Source: Nageia nagi (taxonomy: Eukaryota; Plantae; Pinophyta). Taken from it: a stretch of DNA of 64,000 nt. Below are positions 13,795 to 26,925 of the stretch, piece after piece. The DNA is taken from the NCBI GenBank assembly GCA_050084985.1, contig JBITNC010000001.1:88350001-88414000 (forward strand). Direction: 5' to 3'. Each line of letters opens with the position of its first letter. Position 1 is the first letter of the stretch. Made by a program: the position numbers and the translations under genes. The notes beneath the pieces are model-generated. The model saw nothing but the letters and a program-made list of their open reading frames with translations. It was not told where the DNA came from and searched no databases.

Positions 13795-16599
13795 TCTTTG
13801 CTTTGCTTATCTTTTTTTATTTGTACTTGATTATTAGTTTAGTTCATTTGAGCTTGCATATCATTTCATCATCTTTGCTTTATTTATTGTAGCATGTTAT
13901 CTTACTCTAGTCACTCATTTATCCTACACTTAATGGCAAGGGGTGTCTTACATGTAGTCATTTCCTTGGGCTTATGTGTGTACCACCTTTTTCTTATATC
14001 ACCACTTTGTCTCATTTTGATCATGTCATTGGGAATCGATACTTAGGTAGTCCATTTTTTAGTATCATCCTACCTTTTTTGGGTGCATGGAGACCACCAT
14101 TCACTCATCTCCCTATTATGCATCAATCCTTGTATCCTTGTGTCTTTCTATCTTATGTCATCACCTTACATTTATCATTTTATTTTCACCACTCTTGGTC
14201 CTCATCTAGGTCAGGATTGTTGGACATTATTTTCATTTTGCAATGAAGCAAGCACAATCGTAGACATGAATGGAAGTCAATTCCAAAACAACCTAGCATG
14301 ACCAAGTTTTTTTGGTATTACCATATTCTTTCATTTTCATTTACAATTATGTTTGTTTGTCTTGTTAATTATGTCGAGTCCTTTGTATTCTACTCATGCA
14401 AAGATGCCATCCTTGATATTTTTGCATGTCCATTTATGTCACTTTCCATAATACATGATTCATGGTCTCCTAATGATGACATAATTACTTGGGTATCAGT
14501 CATAATATCAGGTTGCCTTAAAATCATTCCCCTGGTATTCATCATAGACTGTAGCCTATCATGGTTTCTAAGGGAAATACCATACAATATTATCATGATT
14601 TGTGACATGGATGAACTGGCATCAATGTGACATTATTCATCTTCATCATTTAGTGGATGTTGGTCCTTATTCAATTTTTTTTATCATTGTTAGTCTCTTT
14701 TCTAGTTGTTTCAATATCATGTTTGTGGGTGTTTTATGCCTTCCTTGCATTTAATTGATTTCTTCATGTTTGCATCTTTCATCATTTTGTCAAAATTACA
14801 TTTTGTTTGAATTTCAAAAATTGGTGCAACCATATCAATTTGATGATTGGGTTGTTACTCTCAATCCGCACTCATACTAGTATCCCTAGAAAGTTAATTT
14901 TATCTACTTTGCATCCCAACTTACCCATTTGTTTAAAGTCTGAAGTTGGCCCTTTGCATGTGTGCATAGTCACCTTAGCATTTTGACCTACATCATAGTG
15001 TGGTATTAGCTTATAAACTATGCAAATATCATATCATTAGGTACTATCATATCATGTCATACCATTTCGATTCATTTTGTAAGCATCTCTTAGTTCCTTT
15101 TGGTTCAAGGACAAAGGTCCTAAAATTTGGTACCCTAAAAAGTTGGCTCTAGTTTCCCAATTTTACACATAACAAATTACATTGGTTTTCAAATATATCA
15201 ATTTCCCACCTATCACTGATCTAAATTTAATTAGCAATCAAGTTTTGTAGTCCTAACTCCATCATTTGGTAAGTCTTTACAATCTATTTGTTGAGCTATT
15301 TGTAACAATACACTTTCAGTGAGCACTGAAGTGTTGTCACCGTAGGCCAAGTAGCATTCTATTTTGGTTTCAAAAATAGGCCAAAAAAGCTCCATTTTTT
15401 TAACCATTTGATCCTATTATTGTATCATAGAACTATCTATCATATTGTCAAACTACTTTATCTAATCATTAGCATGATAGCTAGTTATTGTCTATCAAAG
15501 TTTGTACTTTTTCAAAAGTGTTATTTTTGTAATAGTTTTATTTTCATCTATTTTGGCTACATCATGGAAGCACCTCGGCATGGTTCTTGTTTATGTTCGT
15601 TATAGTAGGTGTAAATTGCATACTTGAGAGAGGTCATTGGGACAAGTCCCCTACCTTAGTTTGTGTGCAATCATGGCAAAATTTTCGTAGCATCCTAACT
15701 TGTTTATTAATCTTTTACATGTTGGTTTATTCTTTTACATCTTTTTGGTCAATACATGTTGGTGAGCTTTTTATGTTTGTTATATCTTTGGTAATTTATT
15801 ATCATTTGATTCTTATTGATTATCTTGATTATGATTATGAGCATTATGTGATTTTCTAGTGAATCTATTATCTTACTTATCATGTTCTTATTTTGTTTAC
15901 ATTGTTAGTTTTTTTTTATCTTTTAGGTGTGTCAATGTTGTTACCTTTATTTATTTAATCTTTTTATCATATTTTGTTATCTTGTGATATATTTTATCAG
16001 GTTTCATTAATTTTTATCATTAGTATTTGTTATCCCTTGGTGTTTAAGCATACATATTGATTTTTGTGGTGTGTGATTAGGCATGCAAGTTCATTTTAGT
16101 CCATGTGTCCTATGTGTACATTTAGGGTTCATTTTTTAGATTGCATTCATTTGTAAAGTGTGAATCATAAATCCATACATTGTACCAGCCATGAATACAT
16201 CCATATATCATAGGTGCATCCAGTCATAAGTATAAATCCATGTGCATAAATCATATTGTAAACCATACATAAAAGCCTCAATCCATAAGCATACATCTCA
16301 TAAATTTGTAAAAATTCATAAGCATTATTAAAGGCATTTCATATCACATACATCTATACACATCCATAACATAGTCAAAATATGTGTATCATATAGCATC
16401 ATAAATCTAGGTTCATTCATACATGTCATAAAGAAAATCCATGCATCCATTAGGTCATATAGCATACATCCATAACATATACAAAAATACATAACAATGA
16501 CCATACACATAGTATTGCATATACATATATCTCTCAAAACTATACATCACATGTGCACTAGGGTACCAAAACTATATCATCATAATGTGGTCCCATATT

Positions 16600-18950
16600 C
16601 ATTCCCCAGTTGAGTGGAGTCATGATGCCTCTTACATTTTTTAGGGGGAGTGTTTATCTCCCCCTTGTCCCTCTCTCAAAGCCCCTAATGGGTTGTTCTC
16701 TTTAATCACTCTGCTCTATCCAACTAATGGGGGTGATCTAAATAATTTACCTATGAACTATGAGATGGATCATCTCATAGACACTTGATGCTAGTACCTA
16801 CCTCCCTTATCATTTATATCTTAGCCATTTCAATCATCTCTATATTCATCCTATGTGGCAATGTGAACTATCTCATCGAGTGTCCCTCACTCCTCTAACT
16901 TTAAGAAACACTCCTAGACATGCTTCATATAATGGATGCTATCTTGAAGGACTCTGTATCCACTAGTATCAACCTTGCCTCTATTAGCTGGCATCACTAG
17001 GCTAAGGCCCTAAGTGTCACTTTATCTGAGTCATCTAGAGCCTATCATAGCTACCTCGCTATGTCCCCCTATCCTAATGAGATCTAACCCCTTAAGCCTA
17101 CTACCATCCCGATGAACTGGGCCTCTATGTATGTGGCCATGATCACCACTTATGCTCCACCCTCTAAGAACCCTATCAAGAGTGCCTAAATATATGTACT
17201 AACCTTAGCACTTGGGCCCACATCACCCTCTGCTCATGCTTGTAGCACATCCCTCTCCTTGGATACTATCATGAATACAATTAGAAGTATCTACATATCT
17301 CCTATTAAGGCCACAACCTATCCCTGTATTAGTCTAATCTAGCCCTCAACCATTACTCTAGCACCCTTCTTGATAGTGACCTATCCCTATAGGATATCTA
17401 TAATTCCCTCTATTATCACCTTAGCTCCCTACTCTATTGCTAATTATGCCTGTGTAGCATTTAGTCATGCCTGAAGAGCATCCCACTCTCCAAGGTATTG
17501 AGTTATCCTCTCATCAATGAAGGTATCCAATCCTAACTCTAGCATCTCTTGGGGGTGCCACTTAAGTGTCTAAAACTTGATGTCATCCCTCCTATAGCGT
17601 TTTCTAATGAGGAGCCTCCTCCAATACTGATTGCTCTAGCATATCTACATCCATCGTAGGATCCCCTTGGTCCTATACGTTCTCATCCTTAATGACCTCC
17701 TCATCATCCCCATATCCCTCCTCATCCCCATTTTTCTCCTCATCATCAACCTCCTCCTCAACCTCTCCCTCCTCTACTCCTAGGCCTACACAGCCCTCAT
17801 GAACCCATGGGTCAATCGATGGTCTCAATCCCTATCTCTTAACCACTATCCAAGTTGGTAATTGGTCCCTCTAGGGATACCACTAGGAATCATAGGCTAG
17901 GGTGGTCTTGGCATCATCTACCACTACACTTTCCATTAGGGCATCTAGCGCTACATCTAGCTCCACATAAGTCAACCTTGACCACGTTGGGGCCTCTCAT
18001 TCAATCCTACCATAAAGCACCAAGTTTGGGAGAACATCTTATACTAGCATGTGCTACCTCTATACTTGCTCATAGAAAATGATATTGATATCCTAGATAT
18101 ATCATCCCTTAACATGTCATGTCTGCCTAGCTTGTGCTAGCTATGTATCCTCCTTTTCCCAATGTGGCTTTCCTAGGTACATCTAGTAGATCACATCCTA
18201 TGATTGCAAGCTCACCACCATTTATCGATACCAGTCTCTTTTTCCCTTATGGAGGCTTCATTATGACCTCTCTCTCTAGTACTCCTAATGCCTTGCATAG
18301 AGGATCTTTAGGCCTACCACTAGTAGAATGTCTCTAATCATCTCTATAGTTTGGACAGCTATGGCTAGTCCATTTAGCCTCCTTGATTGAATATGCTCTC
18401 AATCCCATACCTAGATTAGTAACAAAGTGCTCACAATTCTCCACCCATGCATTATCACTATCAGCTCACTATATGTCTAGACTAATAGGGCTACTTCCCA
18501 GGCAAAAATTATATTATCTTTCACCATGCAAATGATGATCTTAAGCATGTTCCAAGGGAACCTAAGTCTTGAGGAATCTGGTAAGATGAAGGATGAGATT
18601 AGCAATATTTCCATCACCTTCAAGCACCCTAATCAACCATCCCTATAGAGAGGAGAAATGAGCACCCCTCCATTATGGAGGTCCTAGGTCCTATATCCCT
18701 CACCCATGTATGGGCAGATCATGATCCTCTCAGTTGCTACTATAATCTGCTCCCCCTCTAAGGGGACTCATAGAATCTTGTAGATATCCTCAAGCATCAC
18801 TATCATCTCCCCTATCATGAGCATGAAGGTGCACCTATCTAGGTTGAACAACTCCATAAGCATGACCATGTATGATGTATCTCCCTTAATAGGGAGAATC
18901 TTGGCTTCTTCGATGAGCTCCTGCATCAATGTCGCTCGAACCTCAGTCTA
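16600..18950 (-). pseudogene. Antisense extra ORF with aminotransferase-like plant mobile domain (PMD), decayed
   Basis: Minus-strand translation MELFNLDRCTFMLMIGEMIVMLEDIYKIL*VPLEGE matches the PMD signature (ERW..T.TFHLP.GEMT.TLEDV..IL.LP..GE). An acidic E/D tract follows at ~17700-17780. Boundaries approximate. Confidence 0.75.
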
Positions 18951-19389
18951 CAATGGTCAAAATATATGACTAACTTTTATCTCATATAAATTTTAAGATT
19001 TTTTAGTATTTTTTAGTCAATCTTATCTTGCCTACTTCTAATTCAGTTGTCTTTATGTCTATTTCAATCCTAAGTGTGGCCTAGGTTGCATGTTTGAGGT
19101 TGCATCTAAGTTGATATTTTTATTTTTTAGTTCATTTGGTCTCAATCAAAATTATCCCTATCAAGAGCGATTAATTTAACTTAATATTCCAACCCTTGGA
19201 TGACTAAGAAAGTCATCTAGATGATTGGTCAAATCATACCTCACCCAGATGGCCCCTAAAATCAAATCATCCAAGTGCAAGATGATTTGTAATTCGTATA
19301 AGTAGAAAAAATAAACATGGCTCCAACATAAAAACCAAAATATTAAAATGCACATATAAAAATTAACATTGCAAAAAGAAATTAAAAAA

Positions 19390-19885
19390 AATGGGTTTTC
19401 TAAAACTATTTTATAGACTTTTAATCATATACAATTATTGAGTGTAAAGTCCAAATCTATAACATTTACCAACATTCTTCCACTATGTGTCACTATGGAA
19501 GCCTTAGGGGAAGATATAGTCATCCATCGAAGAGTAGTTTGAAAATGGTTTTACATTGACTTATGGTTGTGAATGCCCTATTAGACATATATGCAAAATG
19601 TGGAATAACACATAGACCCAAGAATTATTTGATAAGATGCATCATGCAAACATAGTTTCATGGACCACAATGATATAGGGATATACAATTCATGGCTATA
19701 GCTAAGATGCCCTAAACTCTTTGATCTGATACCATAATTGGAAAGAAATCCTAAAAATGTAACTTTTTCCTATATTTTACTTGCATGCAACCATAAATTT
19801 CTAATAGATGTGGGTTATAAATACTTTAACAGCATGCATAACTTTTATAGCATTATTCCTAGATTGAATCTTTATACAAAATATT
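19390..19885 (+). pseudogene. PLS-type pentatricopeptide repeat (PPR) gene fragment inside the retrotransposon
   Basis: Translates as NGF..TFTNILPLC..VVNALLDIYAKCG..ELFDKMHHANIVSWTTMI*GYTIHG..VTF..ILLACNH..GYKYFNSM, with stops and frameshifts. Confidence 0.85.
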
Positions 19886-20574
19886 CAACTTAATTATCAA
19901 GATGTCCATAAAAATCTAAATAAGCCTAGGGTTTGGGACCTACCTTTTTCATTGGTAAATCCTCACTAGGTGATCCTCCCCCAAGCCTGGTGTTGCTACC
20001 ATGTTGTCCAAAATTGATCCACACATACATACATAGTCCACCATCACTCAGCTTATCCACATGGTCTCCTACAGTAAACGATAGTTGCTATAGTCATGTA
20101 CTGGTCATTTTTAAATGGGTAGTCAAACCCTACCTTTTCACTTTTTATTTTCCATTTTTACCCTAATCAAATCATCCTAGCAATCCTAAATCATATAGGA
20201 GAATTGATAAACCCTAGCCGTGTAGATGACTCTAAAGTTATCTAGATGATTTGGTCTATCACTATCTCACTTTGTAAACCTTCCATCACGATCATCATTT
20301 TTTGGCATATTCATTCAAATGGTTATGTATCCTTTCTTGTCATCCATAATACCTCCCCTTTTGAGGGGGAGAGCTTCACACATGGTTCAAAATTGATAAA
20401 AAAAAATTTAATTCTTAGTAGGTACAGTTTGACTTCATTAGGAGCACCTTGGATACATGATCAACCTTTCTTGCATTGCAAGTGTTTGATGGATGATTAC
20501 TAGCTCAACATAATTGATTGGTAATCAACATACTCAGATGCCATCATGTTCAAATTTATCACTCTTGATAAGCA

Positions 20575-20860
20575 TCATATGCCTGCATGCTACAGTCCAA
20601 CACTTGGTAGGTCTATGAGCCTACAATCAACACCCTTCAACTATTGGGATAAAGAAAAGATAATTTTTCACTTTGTCAAGCATTGTATGTCTATTTTCTA
20701 TTATCCAATGCTTGGTAGGTCTATGAGTCTATGATCCTTCCATTTTACTATTGGGGCAAAGTAGATTCAAACACCCTTCAGCTACTAGGGCAAAGCAAAG
20801 ATCATTTACTTTCATGCTACCATTTGACTTCTAGGGAACAGTAGAGATCATTTACCTTTT
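20575..20860 (+). repeat. Imperfect short tandem repeats in the element's 3' UTR
   Basis: Repeated CTTGGTAGGTCTATGAG and (A/G)CTA(C/T)T(A/G)GGG(C/A)AAAG..AGATCATTT-like units. Confidence 0.6.
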
Positions 20861-21239
20861 TGCACTTAGATTAGATTAGCTTAGATAGGTTAAATTTTTG
20901 CTCTATTGTTCTATAGGCTACTTGATCCACTTTCTAGATATTGTTGTAGGTCATTATCATGAGGTCCAATTCCATCTTATATAGTTTATCATGTGCCAAA
21001 ACTAGATTTTGTTGAATCCTCATGTTGCTTGATTCAATCTTATATAGCATGTCAGGCATTGAAACTAGACTCAAGTTGAGTGATTGGTATGATCTTATAT
21101 AGCCTATGATGCATAAAAACTAGCTCTCATCTTGATTATATTTGTTATCATTTATCATTGTTAATTATTAGTTTACTATTTAAAATATTTTTGTACTTAG
21201 CTTCTCACAAGTTCGAATCTCAGCACAAAAAGGAGAAAT

Positions 21240-22328
21240 TGTAAACACCCTAAAATCACATTTTACATTGTTGATAGGGTTATACTCACATTTATGGCAT
21301 TTATCATATCATGAACTATCATTTCTTCCTAACATATTTTTATAGCACTTTCGATCAACACCATTTCAACCTTTAAGTTATTTCTAACACTTTAATTCTA
21401 ATCACCCATATAATCCTATAGGTAGCACATTCATCCAAATGATCCTATCTTTAGTTTATAAAAGGTAATATGGGCTCATTTTTCAAGAATATTCTTGCTT
21501 GACACACTTTTCATGAGCTTTATGATTACTATACTTGCCTGTGCACATATTCAATTTTATGACATCAACTTCAAAGGGTTATCTCAAGTTTTGAGCCTCC
21601 ATATTCATGCCTTGGGATCACTTCTCCATGCTCCATATATTGAGGTAAATTATGGTTAATTGATGAGATTATATTATTAATCATTAATTTTATGAGTATT
21701 TTCAAGTTCTTAAGATTTAAATAAACCTCCATTAAAGACTTGTGTCCTTTCTTGAATTTAATATTTATCATTGTTTGGCATATAGGCATACTTAGGCTAA
21801 TATTCATACCTAGGGTTTGACCTTTAATGTCTAAACCTTAGGGTTTGAAGGATATTTATTATTTTATTAGCATTGCTAGCATTATATTGAATCCATTTTC
21901 ATTATTTTCATTTGACCATATTAGGCAAATCGTTATGTATGCATAGGCTTTTATCAATCTTTATCATAACATTGTTATATCATTGTCAATTTGCATTGTC
22001 AAGTTTCTTTATATAAACTTTATCTATAGTTTATATTTCAAGATTATACTTGCACAATAGGTATTTAAAGTTTTTCTACTATTCTCTTGATTATGGAAAA
22101 AGGAGTCTTACAACCCTTTTGAGTCCCAAGTACTTGTTATTTGAAGTCTCCCATAACCTATTATCTTTCCTTTTAGGTCTAGATAGCTTATTGCATTAGT
22201 GAATTACAAAGGATAATTTCCAAACCCTATATTTTTCAATATTTTCAATAAATCACATAGGAAAATTAGATGCAAATGTATCAAGATCCTTGGAATTGCT
22301 CATAGGTGTTTTGAGTGGTTAAGGTGCA
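21240..22328 (+). repeat. 3' LTR of the Tat/Ogre-like element (last ~20 bp missing), preceded by a PPT
   Basis: TGTAAACACC start after purine tract AAAAAGGAGAAA. Homologous to 3026-4200; diverges after GAGTGGTTAAGGTG. Confidence 0.85.
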
Positions 22329-22422
22329 TTGAGAAATCAAATACATGAAGTGAACAAGTGCTTAAGCAATTAACAAGAAATATAAAGATAATATTACCAT
22401 ATAAAATCTAAAGGAAGGAAAT

Positions 22423-23676
22423 CTTATGTTATTCATCATTTATTTCATGAGTATTTGTAGGTTCTCAAGCTTTAAATAAACCTCTATTGATGACTTGTAT
22501 CATTTCTTGAATTGAATATTTATCATTGTTTGGCATATAGTTGTTGGAATGTATAATGCATTATTGTAAAGGTTATGTAATAATCTTCTATGTAAATTCA
22601 CTAATACTTAAGGTTATCATTTGATACCTTAAGATTTAAGTGAATATGATAATGTAACTTGTCCTACACTCCATGTCATGAGCATGCCCCTTGGGTAAAA
22701 GGATGTGCATGTCATGCTTTTGTACATTGGATAAAAGGATGATCCAAAGAGGGATTTTGGCCTATAAATAGAAGGCTCCCTCTTTATGATTACACACCAA
22801 TTATGGAGTAAAGTTATGCTATAGGATAGTGGTTAGGAGAAAAGAGTAGGAGGATTTTAAGAGTTCATATTTGTTAAGAAGAGAGATCTAGTTAGTGGAT
22901 GTACTCCTAGTTGGAGGAACCACTTACATCATGTGTTATCTTTGTGAGATTACTTTGTGTGATAGTTATATGTGAATTGAAGCTTTCATGTGATCTTAGT
23001 AGTTTAGTATTGTTCATGTTATATTTCAATTCTCTCAATAGGCATACTCAGGCTAATACTCATACCTAGGGTTTCACCTTTAAGGTCTAAACCTTAGGGT
23101 TTGAAGGATCTTTGTTATTTTATTAGCATTGCTAGCATTAGATCTATTCTTATTTTATTGCATCCATTGTAATTATTTTCATTTGAACATGTTAGGTAAA
23201 TCTTTATGCATGCATAGGATTTTATCAATATTTATCATATCATTGTCAATTTTATTTATATAAACTTTGTCTATAGTCTATGTTTCAAGATCATACTTGC
23301 ATAATAGGCATTTCAATAGTTTCTACTATATTCTTATTTATGGACCCTTTTGAGTTGGGGTTTCATCCCACTTGGATGGTCACAAGGTCCCAAGGAATTA
23401 TGATTTGAAGTCTCCCATAACCTATTGTCTTTCCTTTCAAGTCTAGATAGCTGATTGCATCAATGAATTACAAAGGAGAATTTCTAAACCCCATCTTTTT
23501 CAATCTTTTCAATAACTCACATATGAAAATTAGATGCAAATGTATCAAGATCCTTGAAATTGTTCATGGGTATTTTGAGTGGTTAAGGTGCATTGAGAAA
23601 TGAAATACATGAAGTGAACAAGTGCTTAAGAAATACACAGATAATATTAGCATCTAAAAGCTAAAGGAAGGAAAGC
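22423..23676 (+). repeat. Local tandem duplicate of the 3' two-thirds of the LTR plus ~100 bp flank, interrupted by a solo LTR
   Basis: Repeats ~21666-22422, including the LTR/flank junction GGTTAAGGTGCATTGAGAAAT..GAAGGAA. Confidence 0.8.
22542..23037 (+). mobile_element. Solo LTR (~0.5 kb)
   Basis: TG..CA termini, 5-bp TSD ATAGT/ATAGG, internal CCTATAAATAG TATA box. Removing it restores the host LTR sequence TGGCATATAGGCATAC. Confidence 0.75.
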
Positions 23677-26600
23677 TCTTGGTTAAAATTAGATGAGAAG
23701 AATAATAAGACTCTTTGGGATCAATATTTTATTGAAATATGTGAAAGATGTATGGGAATGTGTGTTATTTTCCCATTACCCCCTAAGGTAGTTATAGGAA
23801 AAAAATAAGAATAATACATCTAAATGAATTTACTATTGATCACCTCATGCCTTTACTAGTGAGAGACACAATTTTAATATTATGGTGGATTTCATTCAAC
23901 ATTTTTTTTGTAAACCACAAGGCTTGAATAGTGTGCAATTATTTGAGACACATCACACATAGTTCCAAAGTATTTAGGAGGGAGAAATATTTAGACCCTA
24001 GGGTAGATTAATAATTTTTGCCACCTCATCCCTAGGTTAAACACTAGTCCTTTAAATTATTGAAGGTAAAAACAAAATTCCTTGGTGTAAAAATTTAAAT
24101 CTATGTATCTTAAAAATTTCATTGCAAATTCCATTGAAATTAATTCATTTTTCACACAAATAAAATCACAATAGATATTTTTGTAAACAATTTTACCTTC
24201 GAAGATCACCTACCCTACAAGGTAAATTTATTAGTGCATATATTAACGTCATAGGGGTCATACTTCAAGTGCATCAAGCATGAAATGAAACTAAATGATT
24301 TATAGTATCCCTTATGGGTTTTCACTGATTCAATGATCAATCATATCTTCACTCTTATCTATTTGTTCCCATGACCAACTCATCTTTGGTTCACTTGGTT
24401 TTCCAACTTGACTCTCCCACTAAGTCAATATGTAGTTTGCATTGAAAAAAATCTCAAAGCCAACATAAATATGTAAAAATGTCATACATAAACATGTATT
24501 AATCACTTTATTACATCATCAATCCAAATTTATTTTAGTTTCCCCAAATAGTTAGCATCATAGTCATCTATGGAATGGACGGATTGTTACACTTGAACTT
24601 AGCCTAACCATACATATGGTAACATTATTGGATTCCATGCAATACCAACACCTAAGGGATAGAGGGGTTAAAACCTAGGGCCTCTTGCATTAGAATTTTA
24701 ACCTACCCCTTTATCCTCCAATTTCCCTAATGTAGATTATATATTAAAATACTTTTATTTTTAATATCATAATTAATAATAATATAACTTGTTGATAATT
24801 TATCAATTTAATTATATTATTCTTAGAGTATTTTTTTAATGTTTAGATATGAGTGTAAATATTTATGTATCATTACTAATATACTAGTCTTAATTCACAA
24901 TGATTATAATAGTTTAATATTATGAAAAAATAAAACATTCTAATAATTATGTTTAACGATAGTACCAAAGATAAATAGATAAGATTAGCCATCATATTGA
25001 TGTATTAGTTATTCCTTATAAGCATATTATTGATCTATACATCATCAAAAGGAAACTCTAAGGAATCAAATAAATCATATTTAAAATGAAATCTTATCTT
25101 CTATGGTTTGATGTGTACAATTCACTTGATTTATTATTAATGATGAATTTCTAAAGATGATAATATTCATTACATGAAGAGTTTTATTTATCCTCAATAC
25201 CAAAGTGAATGCTTCATATTACACAATATTACTAATACATAAATTTAATATATAGATAATAATGGTGTCCCCTATGAGCTAATGAAATCATACATGTCCC
25301 TACACCTCTTAGTAGTTTGAACTTCCAAAGAACAAATTCCATGTCTCTTATTTTATTTTTACATATATGATGAACTCATTTGAAAATTTATATTTTTTAA
25401 ATATAACATTAAATAGGTGAATTTAATGATTGATATATAATTATCTATAATATATGTAACACTTTTAATGAATTTCAAAGCAAACTCTTATAATAATGTT
25501 ACTTACATAATTGCTCTACCACCCAAACATGGTTTAGATAACATACATCTCAAATTAATCACTTTATTGATACATAAGTTTCATTATTTAATATATATTA
25601 TTTAAATATTTTAGTGGAAAATATTATGATCAAGTATTACTTTTCGATTGAAGTATACTTTATCTCATAATGAATTAAAAAATACTATTTAGTAAATTTA
25701 TTTTTCTATACCTTCATTATCATTTTATGGTAACTTGCCTCCTATTACATAAATTATGGCTGAAATATCTATTAATAAACATATGTATAGAATGGGAGAA
25801 ACTACAATTAAGGTGAATTGATTTTTTTATTGATCTCATTAAAAGAATTTTTGTATTGTTCATCCCAAATAAATTCAACATCTTTCTTTATGAATTTTGC
25901 AAGGGCTTTTCATTTATCTTATTATTATAATTGAAGTAATAATTATTAGGGTTATTTACAACATTCAATTTAATCAATTTATAATAAAATAATAGTAAAT
26001 TGAAGTAAGGAATGATGGCAATGATCTAATTGACCTTGACCTATCAAACTAGATTTATAGAAGGTATAAACTTGTACTTTACTTATCATGATGAACAAAG
26101 GTGATATTCAATCAAAAGGAGACAAATGATAAGCTTACCCAAAGAAGGAAACCAACAATCTGACCTCAACCTAGCGATAGTGCTATGATCCCAATGGTGG
26201 TACTTGGTTACCTTCCCAGAATACATTTCCCTTTCACTTGATGTCATCGTCATTCCTTTGAAGCTTAGAATATCATGTGCAAAGAAGTTTGAAAGATCAC
26301 AAGAATGCAAAGCTTAGTGTATAAAAAAATCTGCATATGATAGGTGGCATTAAGAAACACCATTCAAGAATGACACAAGTTTTTTACCACCTATCAAGGA
26401 TTCAATATCATGTCATAATTGCTTATGCATAACCCTTCCACCTTTATAGATGTCAAGTCTAGTACCAAGGCATTTCCTTGGGCTTATGGTGATGTTGAGT
26501 TGACCTATTATCATAAAATATAAAGGTAGATGAGAGTGTATAGTGATAAGAGTATTTATTTAATTTAATAAATAAATTATTTCAAATACCTAAAAAGGTA

Positions 26601-26925
26601 TTTTAATTAAATTAAAATTCCTTTTTAGGTGTTAACACTTATATATAAGAGATAAATTTCCAATAGTTTGTGTTGTATCTTATAAAGCATGAAACATCTT
26701 CACAATTACTTTGAATATGTTAGAATCAACTTAATTATATATTTATCATAGATAATGAAATATAATAAATTTATATAAGTAACAAAAAAATTCTTAGGAT
26801 CCAATTTTGATCTTATATTTCTATATCCTTTTAGAGATCATCTTCAAATATTTGAACTATCTCTTTCCTTTGATTTGACTAATATTAATCATATACACAT
26901 TAATTTTCTTATGTGATACATATAA

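Larger units (their letters stand above)
3026..22328 (+). mobile_element. Degenerate Ty3/gypsy LTR retrotransposon, Tat clade (Ogre-like), ~19 kb
   Basis: Related LTRs at 3026-4223 and 21240-22328, Arg-type PBS, PPT, and domain order gag-PR-G-patch-RT-RH-aRH-INT. Long 3' region with an antisense ORF. Confidence 0.9.

Noticed and set aside
13974-16537. Hydrophobic short ORFs suggestive of an env-like gene
   Set aside because: Products of T-rich low-complexity 3' UTR in inconsistent frames; no continuous ORF.
20575-20860. Repeat-spacer-like array
   Set aside because: Irregular, degenerate units in a eukaryotic LTR element with no cas genes; not CRISPR.
21205-21225. GTTCGAATCTC B-box-like motif
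   Set aside because: Lies in the retrotransposon 3' UTR next to the PPT; no tRNA structure.
26086-26310. 74-aa ORF conserved in two copies
   Set aside because: Conservation is explained by the recent duplication; no motif recognised.
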